A stretch of 64,000 bases of DNA, taken from NCBI GenBank assembly GCA_041389765.1, contig JAWKRE010000002.1:11908-75907 (forward strand), in the 5' to 3' direction. Of this stretch, positions 19,246-28,699 are shown in pieces. Origin of the DNA: Polyangiaceae bacterium. Its GTDB lineage: Bacteria; Myxococcota_A; Polyangia; Polyangiales; Polyangiaceae. The position numbers and the translations under genes are program-made. Each line of letters opens with the position of its first letter. The stretch's first letter is position 1. A model generated the notes under the pieces. It was not told where the DNA came from. It made no database searches and saw only the letters and a list, made by a program, of their open reading frames with translations.

Positions 19246-22086
19246 GTGCGCTGGCCGGGAGGTCCGTCGATAATGCCGGGCATGCTCCTTCCCACGGGCG
19301 CGTCGTTCGCCCGGTACACCGTGGAGGCCAGCCTCGGCGGAGGTGGGATGGGGCACGTCTACCGGGCGTTCGACACGCAGCTCGAACGGCGGGTGGCGCT
19401 GAAGATCCTGCACGTCGACGCGAAGGCCGGGAAAGAAGGGGCGGCGCGCGCGGCGATCCTGCGCGAGGCGCGCGCGGCGGCGGCGCTCAACCACGTGAAC
19501 GCGGTGACGGTGTTCGAGGTGGGCGAGCACGAAGGGGTGCCGTTCCTCGCGATGGAGCTGGTGACGGGGGCGTCGCTGCGAAACATCATCGGGCGGCCGG
19601 ATGTGCCGCTCGGGCGGAAGCTGCGGTGGCTGCTCGGGATCGCGGAGGCGCTTTCGGCGGCGCACGCGGCGGGGATCGTTCACCTCGACGTGAAGCCGGA
19701 GAACGTCATCGTGCGCGTGGACGACGTGGTGAAGGTGCTGGACTTCGGCATCGCGCGGCGGCGGACGATCGATCCGGAGACGTTCCTGCCGGCCGAGGCG
19801 GGGGATCACGATCTCGCGATGCTCCAGACGGTGAACAACGCGGGCGGGGCGATCGTGGGGACGCCGCGGTACATGGCGCCGGAGCAGGTGGGCGGGAGCA
19901 CGCTCGACGGGCGGACGGATCAGTTCGCGTGGGGCGCGGTGGCGTACGAGCTGCTGTCGGGGCAGAGCCCGTGGCCACCAGGGGAGGACCTGTATGCGCT
20001 GCTGTCGGCCATCGTGCGGACGAAGCCAGCGCCGCTGCGGTCGCTGCGCTCGGATGTGCCAGAGAGCGTGGCGGCGATCGTGGAGCGCGCGCTGTCGAAG
20101 CCGCGGGAGGACCGGTTCGGGTCGATGGCGGAGGTGGCGGCGGCGATGGGGGCGGCGATGGCGGAGCTGTCGCCTTCGTCGCTCATGTCGGCGGTGCGCT
20201 CGGATCTGCTTTCGTTGCCGATGGCGTCGAGCACGGCGCCGACGCTGGGGGCGGACGACGTGAACGCGGTCACGGTGGAGGCGGCGGCGATCGAGGTGTC
20301 CGCGCGGGTGTCGGACCCAGGTCGGGTGTCGGGGCCGCCTTCGGTGCGGGTCGCGGAGGGGCCGGCGACGCAGCGCTCGGGCGAGGTGGTGCCGGAGCGC
20401 GAGGCGGTCGGGGAGCGGCGGGCGCGGGCTGGCTTCTGGCGGGCGGCGCAGCTCCTGATGGTGGCGGCGGCGGCGAGCGCGGCGGTGTGGTTCTTCCTCA
20501 CACGGGGGAGGCCGAGCGAGGTGGCGAGCGGCGAGACGATCGCGAACGGGTGCAGCGAGAAGGCGCAGCGCACCTACAGCTCGGGGACGCGCGCGCTCCG
20601 AAACGGGGACTGGCAGCAGGCGCGCAAGCACTTTCAGGAGACGGTGACGGCGGATCCGGAGTGTGCGGCGGCGCACGCGCGGCTCGTCGTCATCGGCTAC
20701 TGGACCGATCCGCCGTCGCGCACGCGGGACGAGCTGCGGCGCGCGACCGATCTGCGCGAGGGCCTGTCGGAGCGGGATCGCGATCTGCTCCATTGCTACG
20801 AGTCCGTGCTGTGGAAGGCGCCGCCCGATGAGCGCGAGTTCGCGGCGTGCCTCGACGCGCTGTCGGAGGCGCGGCCCCGCGACGCGGAGCTGGCGTACAT
20901 CGCGAGCGATTTCTCGGAGTCACCGGCGCGCATGCGCGAGCTGGCGCAGCGGGCGCTCGACATCGACCCGCAATATTCGGATGCGTGGCAGGGGCTGGCC
21001 GTCGCGCTCAGCCTGGAAGAGAAGGAGACCGAGGCGCTGGACGCGCTGCAGAAGTGCGTCGACAAGACGGTGACCTCGCTCGACTGTCTCGCGCAGCGCG
21101 CGCTGCTCCAGCGGCGGATGGGGCAGTGCACCGAGCTGGAGGGGACGGCGCGGATCTGGATGACGCGCAGCCCGCAGGCGACAGGGGCGCACTACACGCT
21201 GGCGTCGGCGCTCGCCGCGCAGGGCCGGCCGCGCGCGCTCGTGGAGGAGGCGCTCGTCGCGCGATGGGCGCACCTCGCGGGCTCGTCGGACGCTCGCGAG
21301 GAGCCGCTGGAGCACGCGGCGCTGGACGCGCTCTTCGGCGACCTCACGGGGGCCCGCGAGCGCGCGCAGGAGCTGTTCGAGCGGTCGAAGGGGGCGGCCG
21401 ACGCCGATGAGCGGATCAACGCGGCGCTGTGGCTCCTCGATCTGGCGGTGGAGCTCGGGGCGACGGAGGCCGCGGGCGCGCTGGCGGAGGATCTGTGGAA
21501 CCGCAAGGCGGCGTGGGACTCGGCGTCGCGCCACAAGGGGTTCAACGCGAAGGGCGCGACGTTCGAGCCGCAGCTCCTCCGCGTGCTGTCGATCGCGAAG
21601 CGCATGGCGGGCGAGGCGATCGCGAAGGAGCAGAAGCGGTGGATCGCGTCGGTGCAGGCGGTGAGCGCGCCGGGAGCGGAGGGGCTGTGGGTGCTGGGGT
21701 CGGCGATCCCGGCGGAGACGCCCGAGGCGGCGGCGGAGGCCGTGAGGTCGATGCCCGCGTCCATCGTGAGCTCGTGGAGCTGGACGGCGAAGCTCCCCGG
21801 GCTCGTCACGTTCGCGTACGCGGGGCGCGCGCTGCTCTTGGCGGGCCGGACGGACGACGCGGTGCGGCTCCTTCGGCGGGCGACGGCGGCGTGCGCGGCG
21901 CTGGAGGATCCGGTGCTGCACACGCAGGCGCACCTGTGGCTGGGGCAGGCGCTCGCGAAGAAGGGGGAGCGCGAGGCGGCGTGTGCGGCGTTCTCGGTGG
22001 TGACAGCGCGGTGGGGGCAGGCGGCGGAGTCGCTGTCGGCGCGCGCGGCGGCGGACGAGTCGAAGGCGCTCGGCTGCGCTCCGTGA
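19246..22086 (+). CDS. serine/threonine protein kinase with a long C-terminal TPR-like/helical repeat domain
   Basis: Hanks kinase motifs: GGGGMGHVYRA, VALKIL, HLDVKPENVIV, DFGIA, GTPRYMAPE. About 600 aa of helical repeat sequence follow. 946-aa intact ORF. Confidence 0.85.
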   Translation: MRWPGGPSIMPGMLLPTGASFARYTVEASLGGGGMGHVYRAFDTQLERRVALKILHVDAKAGKEGAARAAILREARAAAALNHVNAVTVFEVGEHEGVPFLAMELVTGASLRNIIGRPDVPLGRKLRWLLGIAEALSAAHAAGIVHLDVKPENVIVRVDDVVKVLDFGIARRRTIDPETFLPAEAGDHDLAMLQTVNNAGGAIVGTPRYMAPEQVGGSTLDGRTDQFAWGAVAYELLSGQSPWPPGEDLYALLSAIVRTKPAPLRSLRSDVPESVAAIVERALSKPREDRFGSMAEVAAAMGAAMAELSPSSLMSAVRSDLLSLPMASSTAPTLGADDVNAVTVEAAAIEVSARVSDPGRVSGPPSVRVAEGPATQRSGEVVPEREAVGERRARAGFWRAAQLLMVAAAASAAVWFFLTRGRPSEVASGETIANGCSEKAQRTYSSGTRALRNGDWQQARKHFQETVTADPECAAAHARLVVIGYWTDPPSRTRDELRRATDLREGLSERDRDLLHCYESVLWKAPPDEREFAACLDALSEARPRDAELAYIASDFSESPARMRELAQRALDIDPQYSDAWQGLAVALSLEEKETEALDALQKCVDKTVTSLDCLAQRALLQRRMGQCTELEGTARIWMTRSPQATGAHYTLASALAAQGRPRALVEEALVARWAHLAGSSDAREEPLEHAALDALFGDLTGARERAQELFERSKGAADADERINAALWLLDLAVELGATEAAGALAEDLWNRKAAWDSASRHKGFNAKGATFEPQLLRVLSIAKRMAGEAIAKEQKRWIASVQAVSAPGAEGLWVLGSAIPAETPEAAAEAVRSMPASIVSSWSWTAKLPGLVTFAYAGRALLLAGRTDDAVRLLRRATAACAALEDPVLHTQAHLWLGQALAKKGEREAACAAFSVVTARWGQAAESLSARAAADESKALGCAP

Positions 22087-22144
22087 GGGGGAGCGGTCGC
22101 AGGCCCCCCGGGTTCCGGCTTCACGAAGGCGGCGAGGGAGGATA

Positions 22145-22522
22145 TTGCTTGTGCGCATGGCGAATGCGCTCGCACCCGTGAAGAAGCCCCCGAGCAAGGT
22201 CCGCGCAGGCGGAGCAGGCTCGTCTGCCGCCGCGAAGAAGCCGTCCATGAAGAAGTCGTCCGCGAAGGCCGCGGTCGCGCCGCTGCCGGCGATCCACGAG
22301 GACGCCGTGCGCGGGCTCGACCAGGGCGAGATCTTCGACGACGAGCTCGACCCGCTGGCGATGCGCGTCGATGCCGGCGCGCGCCCGCCGAACCGGTACG
22401 AGGCGCGCCCGCCGAACCGGTACGAGGCACGTCCGCCGAACCGGTACGAGGCACGCCCGCCGAACCGGTACGAGGCGCGTCCGCCGAACCGGTACGAGGC
22501 GCGCGTCGCGCCGGCGGGCTGA
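22145..22522 (+). CDS. small Lys/Ala-rich protein ending in five tandem ARPPNRYE octapeptide repeats
   Basis: MANALAPVKKPPSKVRAGGAGSSAAAKKPSMKKSSAKAAVA..., then (ARPPNRYE)x5 from a perfect 24-nt repeat. GC3-rich codon usage supports coding. Sits between the convergent kinase and glycosyltransferase genes. Confidence 0.45.
   Translation: MLVRMANALAPVKKPPSKVRAGGAGSSAAAKKPSMKKSSAKAAVAPLPAIHEDAVRGLDQGEIFDDELDPLAMRVDAGARPPNRYEARPPNRYEARPPNRYEARPPNRYEARPPNRYEARVAPAG
22378..22500 (+). repeat. 24-nt tandem repeat x5 (encodes ARPPNRYE)
   Basis: gcgcgcccgccgaaccggtacgag repeated five times with only synonymous or near-synonymous variation. Confidence 0.9.
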
Positions 22523-23512
22523 TCAGCCGAGGAGGCGGGCCGGCTCGCGGATGCGCGCGAGCACGCCTGTCGTGAGCCACTTCTCGATGCGCCGCCGGTC
22601 CGTGAGCACGGTGGCGCGGCGGAACAGGGTACGTGCCCCGCGCTCGTCGCCGGCGCAGGCGAGATCGCGCGAGGCCAGCTCGAACAGCGGCGGATACCAG
22701 GGGCGCCCGAGCAACAGCTCGCTCGAATAGGTGCCCAGTCGCTGGAACTTGCGCCAGTAGCCGTCGAATCCAGAATACGGGTAGTGCAGAATCGCCGGGC
22801 TCGACAGGCGGGCTCGGCCGAGCCCCCGCTCGAAGGGGATGTGAAAGCCATGCACGCCCGCGGGCTCGGCCCCGGGGACGGTGCGCACGGCGGCCTTCCC
22901 GTTGGCGTACGCGAGGAAGTATCCGCCGCGTGAGGCGAAGTATGGCTCGGCGGCGGCGAGGGCGTCGGGGGCGATGCAGCGCGGGTTCTTCTTGAAGAGC
23001 GTCACCTCGCGGAACGGGTCGGTGACGCCGGGGGTCTCGCAGAGCGCCTCGTGGTTGTCGTAGATGACGTAGCCGAGCCCGAGCGCGTCGAGCGCCGCGA
23101 AGTGGGCGGCGGCGTCGCGCGCGGGCGGGTGGAACAGCTCGTCGCCGTCGATGTGGAGGAGCCAGCGCATGCCCTCGCGCCGCGCGATCGAGAGGGCGAG
23201 CTTCACGTGGCAGAGCTGGCGCGCGGTGAGCTGCTCGGGCGAGCCGACGGGGGCCTCGGGCGCACCGCACAGCGGGAGGAGAGGCGCGCAGTAGGGGTCC
23301 TTCGCCATGCGGGCGCGGGCTCGCCGGTCGACGACGATCACGCGCACACCGGGCAGCGAGCGGACGAGGGCGCCGTCGCGCTCGGTGGGGTCGGCGTCGA
23401 AGAAGAGATAAAAGCGCTCGAACCCGAGGGCCGTGTGCCACCGCACCCACGAGGTGAGCTGCGAACCAGGCGAGCGGAGCGTGCTGACGATGGCGGCGCG
23501 CGAGCGGGTCAC
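22523..23512 (-). CDS. putative glycosyltransferase (GT-A-like, DxD-containing)
   Basis: GTG start at 23510-23512 with GGAGA 7 nt upstream, overlapping the upstream TGA (GTGA). WHTALGFERFYLFFDADPTE...LLHIDGDELF motifs. The Arg/Pro-rich 5' two-fifths of ORF 22523..24196 are excluded. Confidence 0.55.
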   Translation of the reverse strand: MTRSRAAIVSTLRSPGSQLTSWVRWHTALGFERFYLFFDADPTERDGALVRSLPGVRVIVVDRRARARMAKDPYCAPLLPLCGAPEAPVGSPEQLTARQLCHVKLALSIARREGMRWLLHIDGDELFHPPARDAAAHFAALDALGLGYVIYDNHEALCETPGVTDPFREVTLFKKNPRCIAPDALAAAEPYFASRGGYFLAYANGKAAVRTVPGAEPAGVHGFHIPFERGLGRARLSSPAILHYPYSGFDGYWRKFQRLGTYSSELLLGRPWYPPLFELASRDLACAGDERGARTLFRRATVLTDRRRIEKWLTTGVLARIREPARLLG

Positions 23513-24834
23513 GGCCGGTCTCCGGTGGGCGCGCGTGGCGCGCGGGTTCGAAACAGGGGCCCCAACACTGTATTTCGAATGCGATCCGCGTGGCGATCGA
23601 GGTCGGGGGCGCGGGCCTCGATCTGGCGGCGATCGAAGGTGCGCGCGAGGTGGCGGCGGATGGCTTCGGGGGTGTCCGCGCGGAGCATCGCGTGGAGGAG
23701 GGCGCGCGTCAGGGGATCGGCGGTGTCGACGCCTGCGCGGGACGTGCCGGAGACGTCGTCGAGGAAGCGCTCGATGAGGCCGATGGGGTCGGCGCCGGGG
23801 AAGCGAGCGGCGATGAGAGGGAGCATGTCGTCGCGCGTGGGGACATGGTGGAGCAGCGCGAGGAAGAAGCGCGCCGTCGGATCCGAGGTGGTGCGGCGGA
23901 GGCTCTGTGCGGCTCGCAGGCGGCGGTCCTCGCGGAGGACGTCGAGGAGCTTCGCGGCGAGGGCGGGGCCGTGGTGTGCGCGCGCGGCGTCGAGGAGCGG
24001 GGCGATGTGCGCCTCGGTGCCGAAGGTGCGGTAGGTGAGATCGAGCACGTCGAGGGTGGTGGCGAGATCGGCGCGCGCGAGGAGATCGACCGCGCGGGCG
24101 AGGGCGCGGGGCTCGTCGGTCTGGCAGAGGAGGCGGAGGGCCTGCACCTTGCGGAGGCGGGCCTCGGCGGTGTGAAACGGGTCGTGCGCGAGCCACGGGG
24201 CGCGGAGATCGAGCTGCGGGCCGGCGTCGGGATCGCTGCCCGTGCGGACGACGATCGTGGCGGACGGCTCCTCCAAGTGAACCACCGCGTGGACCAGATC
24301 GCGATTAATTTCAACCACATCGCCGGGAGTGAGCACCTCGCCGCCGAGGTGGCGCACCTCCCCCGTGAGCACCTCGCCGCCGAGGTGGCGCACCTCCCCC
24401 GTGAGCACCTCCGCCGGCGCCGCTGTCTCCGCGTTCGGCGCCACCTCCGCCTTCGCCGCCGCCTCCGCCTGCGTCGCCGGAACGAACGCGTGCCGCGTCT
24501 GCAAGCGCTCGCCCGACAGCGCCTGGAAGGCGCCCGAGAAGCCGTGGCCGTGCACCGTCGTGACGGTGCGCAGCCAGAACAGCACCTCCACGTGGAAGTC
24601 GCGCCCGCGGTACACCGTGATGGGCGGCTCGCCGAACGCCTCGGCGAGATCGTTCTGCGGCGGCAGCTCGCTCGCGGCGAAGACCCACGCGAGCACGTCG
24701 TCGGGGCCGGATCGCTCGGGGATGTGCGCGTCGTGGAGCGCGTCGGCGGCGATGCGGGCGAAGCTGCGTACGTCGCGGCCGGCGCGCTCGAAGGCGCGAT
24801 CCACGCGCTCGCCAAGCTCTCGGTAGATCTTCAT
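23509..24834 (-). CDS. cupin/cysteine-dioxygenase-like N-terminal domain protein with an uncharacterised helical C-terminal domain
   Basis: VEVLFWLRTVTTVHGHGFSGAFQALSGERL resembles the cupin metal motif of CDO-type dioxygenases (F.W....T.VH.H..G....L.GE). Contains a 36-nt in-frame duplication (VLTGEVRHLGGE x2). Translationally coupled to the glycosyltransferase gene. Confidence 0.5.
   Translation of the reverse strand: MKIYRELGERVDRAFERAGRDVRSFARIAADALHDAHIPERSGPDDVLAWVFAASELPPQNDLAEAFGEPPITVYRGRDFHVEVLFWLRTVTTVHGHGFSGAFQALSGERLQTRHAFVPATQAEAAAKAEVAPNAETAAPAEVLTGEVRHLGGEVLTGEVRHLGGEVLTPGDVVEINRDLVHAVVHLEEPSATIVVRTGSDPDAGPQLDLRAPWLAHDPFHTAEARLRKVQALRLLCQTDEPRALARAVDLLARADLATTLDVLDLTYRTFGTEAHIAPLLDAARAHHGPALAAKLLDVLREDRRLRAAQSLRRTTSDPTARFFLALLHHVPTRDDMLPLIAARFPGADPIGLIERFLDDVSGTSRAGVDTADPLTRALLHAMLRADTPEAIRRHLARTFDRRQIEARAPDLDRHADRIRNTVLGPLFRTRAPRAPTGDRP
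24341..24420 (-). repeat. 36-nt direct duplication (2.2 copies), in frame within the cupin-like gene
   Basis: gagcacctcgccgccgaggtggcgcacctcccccgt repeated exactly. Confidence 0.85.
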
Positions 24835-24977
24835 GTCGGCGACCGACGAAGGTATCGACTCCCGGGCCGGGACGCAGCCCTCCGAAAGCACGCGGGAAAC
24901 GGCCACGCGCGCGCGTCCCTCGGTCGGGGACCGGCGAGGCGGTTGTCATCGCGGGCGCTTTCTGACAAGCGTTCGGC

Positions 24978-26330
24978 GTGCTCTCCCTCGTGGTCCACCC
25001 GATGACCCGTCCGCTCACGGGCAGCGTGCCCTTGCCGGCCGACAAGAGCATCGCCCACCGCGCGCTCCTCTTCGCGGCGCTGGCGAAGGGAAAGAGCCGC
25101 ATCGCCGCGCCGGTGCTCGGCGAGGACAACGCGTCGACGGCGGGGGCGCTGCGCGCCATGGGGGTGCGCATCGACGAGGCGGAGGGCGAGGTCGCGGTGG
25201 AGGGCGCCGGGCTCGAAGGGCTCGCGGCGCCGTCGGCTCCGCTCGACTGCGGCAACTCCGGCACGACGATGCGGCTCCTGGCGGGGCTCTTGTCGGCGCA
25301 GAGGTTCGCGACGACGCTCACCGGCGACGCGTCGCTCTCGCGCCGGCCGATGGAGCGCGTCGCTCGTCCGCTGCGCCTGCGCGGCGCGCGCATCGAAGGA
25401 GAGCTGGACCCGCGCAAGCCAGGCGAGTGCACGGCGCCGCTGCGGATCGGTCCGCTGCCGGAGCCGCACGTGCTGGGCCCGCTGGAGCAAGAGATGAAGG
25501 TCGCGAGCGCGCAGGTGAAGAGCGCGCTCCTGCTCTCCGGCCTCTACGCCGATGGTCCAACGTACGTGCGCGAGCCGTCCCTCTCGCGCGATCACACCGA
25601 GCGGATGATGTCCGCGCTCGGCGTGCCCGTGCGCACCATGGGGCCGATGGTCGAGCTGGATCCCGCGGAGTGGTCCGGCCAGATCGACGCGTTCGATCTC
25701 ACCGTGCCGGGCGATCTCTCGGCGGCGGCGTTCCTCCTCGCGGCGGCGCACGTGGTCCCCGGCAGCCGGGTCGATGTGCGCGGCTCGGGCCTCAACCCCA
25801 CGCGCACGGGAGTGCTCGACGTGCTCCGCGACATGGGCGGCGCGTTCGAGGTGGAGGCGCACGGGGACGCGCTCGGCGAGCCCGTGGGCCTCGTGCGCGC
25901 CTCGTGGGCATCGCTGTCGGCTGCGCGCATCGGCGGCGAGCTCGTCGCGCGATCGATCGACGAGCTGCCGATCCTCATCGGCCTGGCGGCGCGCGCCCGC
26001 GGCGTCACGGTGGTGGCAGACGCCGCGGAGCTGCGCGTGAAGGAGACCGATCGCATCGCGGCGATGGCGGAGCTCCTGCGCGCGTTCGGCGTCGCGTGCG
26101 AGGAGCAGGCCGACGGCATCGCGGTCGAGGGCCGCCCCGACGGCCCGCTCGCCGCCGCCGACGTGAACAGCCACGGAGACCACCGCATCGCGATGACCGC
26201 CGCGGTGCTCGGCCTGGTCGCCGCTGACAAGGTGCGCGTGCGCGATGTCGCGTGCATCCGGACGAGCTTTCCGCGGTTCGTGGGGACGCTGCGCGCGCTC
26301 GGCGCGACGATCGAGGTCGAGGAAGGATGA
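24978..26330 (+). CDS. aroA: 3-phosphoshikimate 1-carboxyvinyltransferase (EPSP synthase)
   Basis: Full-length AroA similarity (LPADKSIAHRALLFAALAKG, LDCGNSGTTMRLLAGLL, SAQVKSALLLSGL, HGDHRIAMTAAVLGL). 450 aa. Confidence 0.9.
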   Translation: MLSLVVHPMTRPLTGSVPLPADKSIAHRALLFAALAKGKSRIAAPVLGEDNASTAGALRAMGVRIDEAEGEVAVEGAGLEGLAAPSAPLDCGNSGTTMRLLAGLLSAQRFATTLTGDASLSRRPMERVARPLRLRGARIEGELDPRKPGECTAPLRIGPLPEPHVLGPLEQEMKVASAQVKSALLLSGLYADGPTYVREPSLSRDHTERMMSALGVPVRTMGPMVELDPAEWSGQIDAFDLTVPGDLSAAAFLLAAAHVVPGSRVDVRGSGLNPTRTGVLDVLRDMGGAFEVEAHGDALGEPVGLVRASWASLSAARIGGELVARSIDELPILIGLAARARGVTVVADAAELRVKETDRIAAMAELLRAFGVACEEQADGIAVEGRPDGPLAAADVNSHGDHRIAMTAAVLGLVAADKVRVRDVACIRTSFPRFVGTLRALGATIEVEEG

Positions 26331-27070
26331 TGGAGGAGACGGCATCGAACGGCGGCGCGCGGCGCGCCCCCAGAGTCGCGATCGACGGCCCCGCCGGCGC
26401 CGGCAAGAGCACGGTGGCCCGGCGCCTCGCCGAGCGCCTCGGCTTCCTTCACGTCGACACGGGCGCGCTCTACCGCACGGTCGCCCTCGCCGCCCGCCGC
26501 GCAGGCGCCGCCTGGGACGACGACCCCGCCGTCGCGCGCGTCGCCGAGGCCCTCGTCGCCGACCGCCGCATTCGCATGGAGCCGCCCCCCACCACCGGAG
26601 CCATGCGCGTCCTCCTCGACGGCGAGGACGTCTCGTCGTCGATCCGCACCCCCGAGATGAGCGCGGGCGCCAGCCGCGTCTCCGCCATCCCCGCCGTGCG
26701 CGTCGCGCTCCTCGATCTCCAGCGCCAGGCCGGCGAGTCCGGAGGCGTCGTCCTCGAAGGCCGCGACATCGGCACCGTCGTCTTCCCCGACGCCGAGGTG
26801 AAGCTCTTCCTCACCGCCACCCCCGAAGAGCGCGCCCAGCGCCGCTTCGAGGAGCTCACCGAGAAGGGCGTCGCCACCACCTTCCAGGCCACGCTCGAAG
26901 AGCTGCACGCCCGCGACAAGGCCGACACCGAGCGCCCCGTCGCCCCCTTGCGCCGCGCCGCCGACGCCGTCCTCGTCGACTCCACCGGCAAGGACGTCGA
27001 CGCCGTCATCGAGGAGATGGTGCGCGTCGTCGAGGCCCGCCGCCGCGATCGCCCCGGACCCCTCGCGTGA
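26327..27070 (+). CDS. cmk: cytidylate kinase
   Basis: VAIDGPAGAGKSTVARRLAERLGFLHVDTGALYR, then VLEGRDIGTVVFPDAEVKLFLTATPEERAQRR, a typical Cmk. Start overlaps the aroA stop. Confidence 0.9.
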   Translation: MMEETASNGGARRAPRVAIDGPAGAGKSTVARRLAERLGFLHVDTGALYRTVALAARRAGAAWDDDPAVARVAEALVADRRIRMEPPPTTGAMRVLLDGEDVSSSIRTPEMSAGASRVSAIPAVRVALLDLQRQAGESGGVVLEGRDIGTVVFPDAEVKLFLTATPEERAQRRFEELTEKGVATTFQATLEELHARDKADTERPVAPLRRAADAVLVDSTGKDVDAVIEEMVRVVEARRRDRPGPLA

Positions 27071-28008
27071 CCTCGCCGCGCGCCGCCGCGCTCCTCGGGC
27101 TCTTCTCGCTCGTCGCGACGGCCTGCGGCTCCACCACCCCGGCCGGCGGTCGCCCCGCAGATCGCCCCCCCCAGCTCTCGCGCGAGCTCGACGCCACCGA
27201 TCTCCTCCCCTCCGATCTCGACGTCGTCTTCCGCGTCGACGTCGCGCGCCTCAAGGCCGGCCTCGGCCCCGCCGCCGCGCAGGCCCTCGCCGCCCGCGCA
27301 GGCCAGGAGGGCGGCGACGGCTTCATCGCCGAAGCCATGGCCGGCGCCGACTCCGTCTGGATCGGCCTCCGCCTCGCCGATCTCGACGCCGGCGATCGCG
27401 TCCTCGTTGCCGAAGGCCGCCTCCGCGACATCCACCTCACCCCCAGCGAGTGGGGCGAGACCACCCCCGCCGCCACCATCGAGGGCGTCCGCATCCTCGA
27501 TCGCAAGGGCATCGTCCCCCGCGCCTCCACCGGCCGCATCGTCACCGCCCGGGGCCGCCTCTACGCCTTCATCTCCCCCGCCGAGATCGACGCCACCAAC
27601 CGCCTCCTCCGCGAGGGCCCCGACGAAGCGCGCGGCGATCCCGCCGCCGTCGGCCTCGTCAGCATGGATGTCCGCGGCCACCGCCTCCCGCCCTCGCTCG
27701 AAAAGAAATACCCCTCCATCGCCGCCGTCATCGCCGGTGTCGCGCGCGTCCGAGGCTCGGCCACCCTCGCCGACGAGGGCCTCCGCGTCGATCTCGACGT
27801 CGTCGCCCGCAGCGAGCCCGACGCCCAGCGCGTCGACCGCTTCCTCTCCACCGTCCGCGACGCCGCCGCCGACTCCCAGAAGTACGCCCCCCTCATGAAG
27901 ACCGCCGCCGTCGAGCGTGCCGGCGTCCACGTCCACGTGAAGCTCACCGTCCCCGCGGGCATGGTCATCGACGCCCTCAGCGAGGGGGATACCAGCGCAA
28001 CGCGATGA
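27067..28008 (+). CDS. hypothetical lipoprotein
   Basis: GTG overlaps the cmk TGA. Lipobox LFSLVATACGS. ~300-aa non-repetitive secreted-type sequence. Confidence 0.55.
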   Translation: MTSPRAAALLGLFSLVATACGSTTPAGGRPADRPPQLSRELDATDLLPSDLDVVFRVDVARLKAGLGPAAAQALAARAGQEGGDGFIAEAMAGADSVWIGLRLADLDAGDRVLVAEGRLRDIHLTPSEWGETTPAATIEGVRILDRKGIVPRASTGRIVTARGRLYAFISPAEIDATNRLLREGPDEARGDPAAVGLVSMDVRGHRLPPSLEKKYPSIAAVIAGVARVRGSATLADEGLRVDLDVVARSEPDAQRVDRFLSTVRDAAADSQKYAPLMKTAAVERAGVHVHVKLTVPAGMVIDALSEGDTSATR

Positions 28009-28009
28009 A

Positions 28010-28093
28010 TTGATTAAACAAATTCATTTGGTCCGCCCATTTTTTCGAACCCCCTGAAATTTCCGCAGGGGCTCCCGCGAAAGAAGCGGCCAG
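28010..28093. promoter_or_regulatory. AT-rich island with an inverted repeat (TGAATT-N9-AATTCA) and a GC hairpin, upstream of the ECF sigma gene
   Basis: tgaattgattaaacaaattcatttggtccgcccattttttcgaa is very AT-rich for this genome. It is followed by the cccctg-aaatttccg-cagggg hairpin. Possible promoter/operator and/or terminator of the upstream gene. Confidence 0.4.
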
Positions 28094-28699
28094 GTGATGC
28101 TGATTCCACACATGGCCGGATTGCCACGCGCTCCACATCCCCACCCCGTTCGGGGGGATGCGCTGTCGGAGGAGACGGCGTCGCTGCGGCTCGTCGTGCG
28201 GTCGGTGATCGCGAACGTGATGGGTCTCGGCGCGAGCCACCCCGACGTGGAGGACTGCGCGCACGAAGCCCTCTCGCGCGCGCTCGAAGGCAAGGACAGG
28301 CTCCGGCCGGGCGAGCCCCTTCGCCCGTGGGTGATCGGCATCGCGCGGCACGTCGCGATCGACGCCCTTCGCCGCAACAAGCGCACGCGCATGCGAGCCG
28401 CGCACGAGGGCCGCGAAGAGGACGGGGAGGGGAGCGCGCTCGATCGGGTGGCGGACCCTGCCCCCGGCCCCGAAGAGCGCGCGAGCACGAACGAGCGGGC
28501 GACGCGCATCCAGCGCGTGCTCGCGGAGCTGCCGGAAGACCACCGCAAGGCGCTCGTCCTCTTTCACGTGGACGGCCTCAAATACCAGGCGATCGCCGCG
28601 CAGCTCGGCGTGCCCATGGGGACCGTGGCGACCTGGATCGCGCGCGGCCGAAAGACGATCGCCGAGTCGCTCGGCGTGGACCGTGAGGTGACATCATGA
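28094..28699 (+). CDS. ECF (sigma-70 family) RNA polymerase sigma factor
   Basis: Region 2 (DVEDCAHEALSRALEG...LRPWVIGIARHVAIDALRR) and region 4 (LPEDHRKALVLFHVDGLKYQAIAAQLGVPMGTVATWIARGRK). Confidence 0.85.
   Translation: MMLIPHMAGLPRAPHPHPVRGDALSEETASLRLVVRSVIANVMGLGASHPDVEDCAHEALSRALEGKDRLRPGEPLRPWVIGIARHVAIDALRRNKRTRMRAAHEGREEDGEGSALDRVADPAPGPEERASTNERATRIQRVLAELPEDHRKALVLFHVDGLKYQAIAAQLGVPMGTVATWIARGRKTIAESLGVDREVTS

Noticed and set aside
17437-20793. 1118-aa minus-strand ORF overlapping the ABC permease, lipocalin and Ser/Thr kinase genes
   Set aside because: Low-complexity Arg/Pro/His composition and antisense to genes with clear family signatures. This is a high-GC stop-codon-poor frame.
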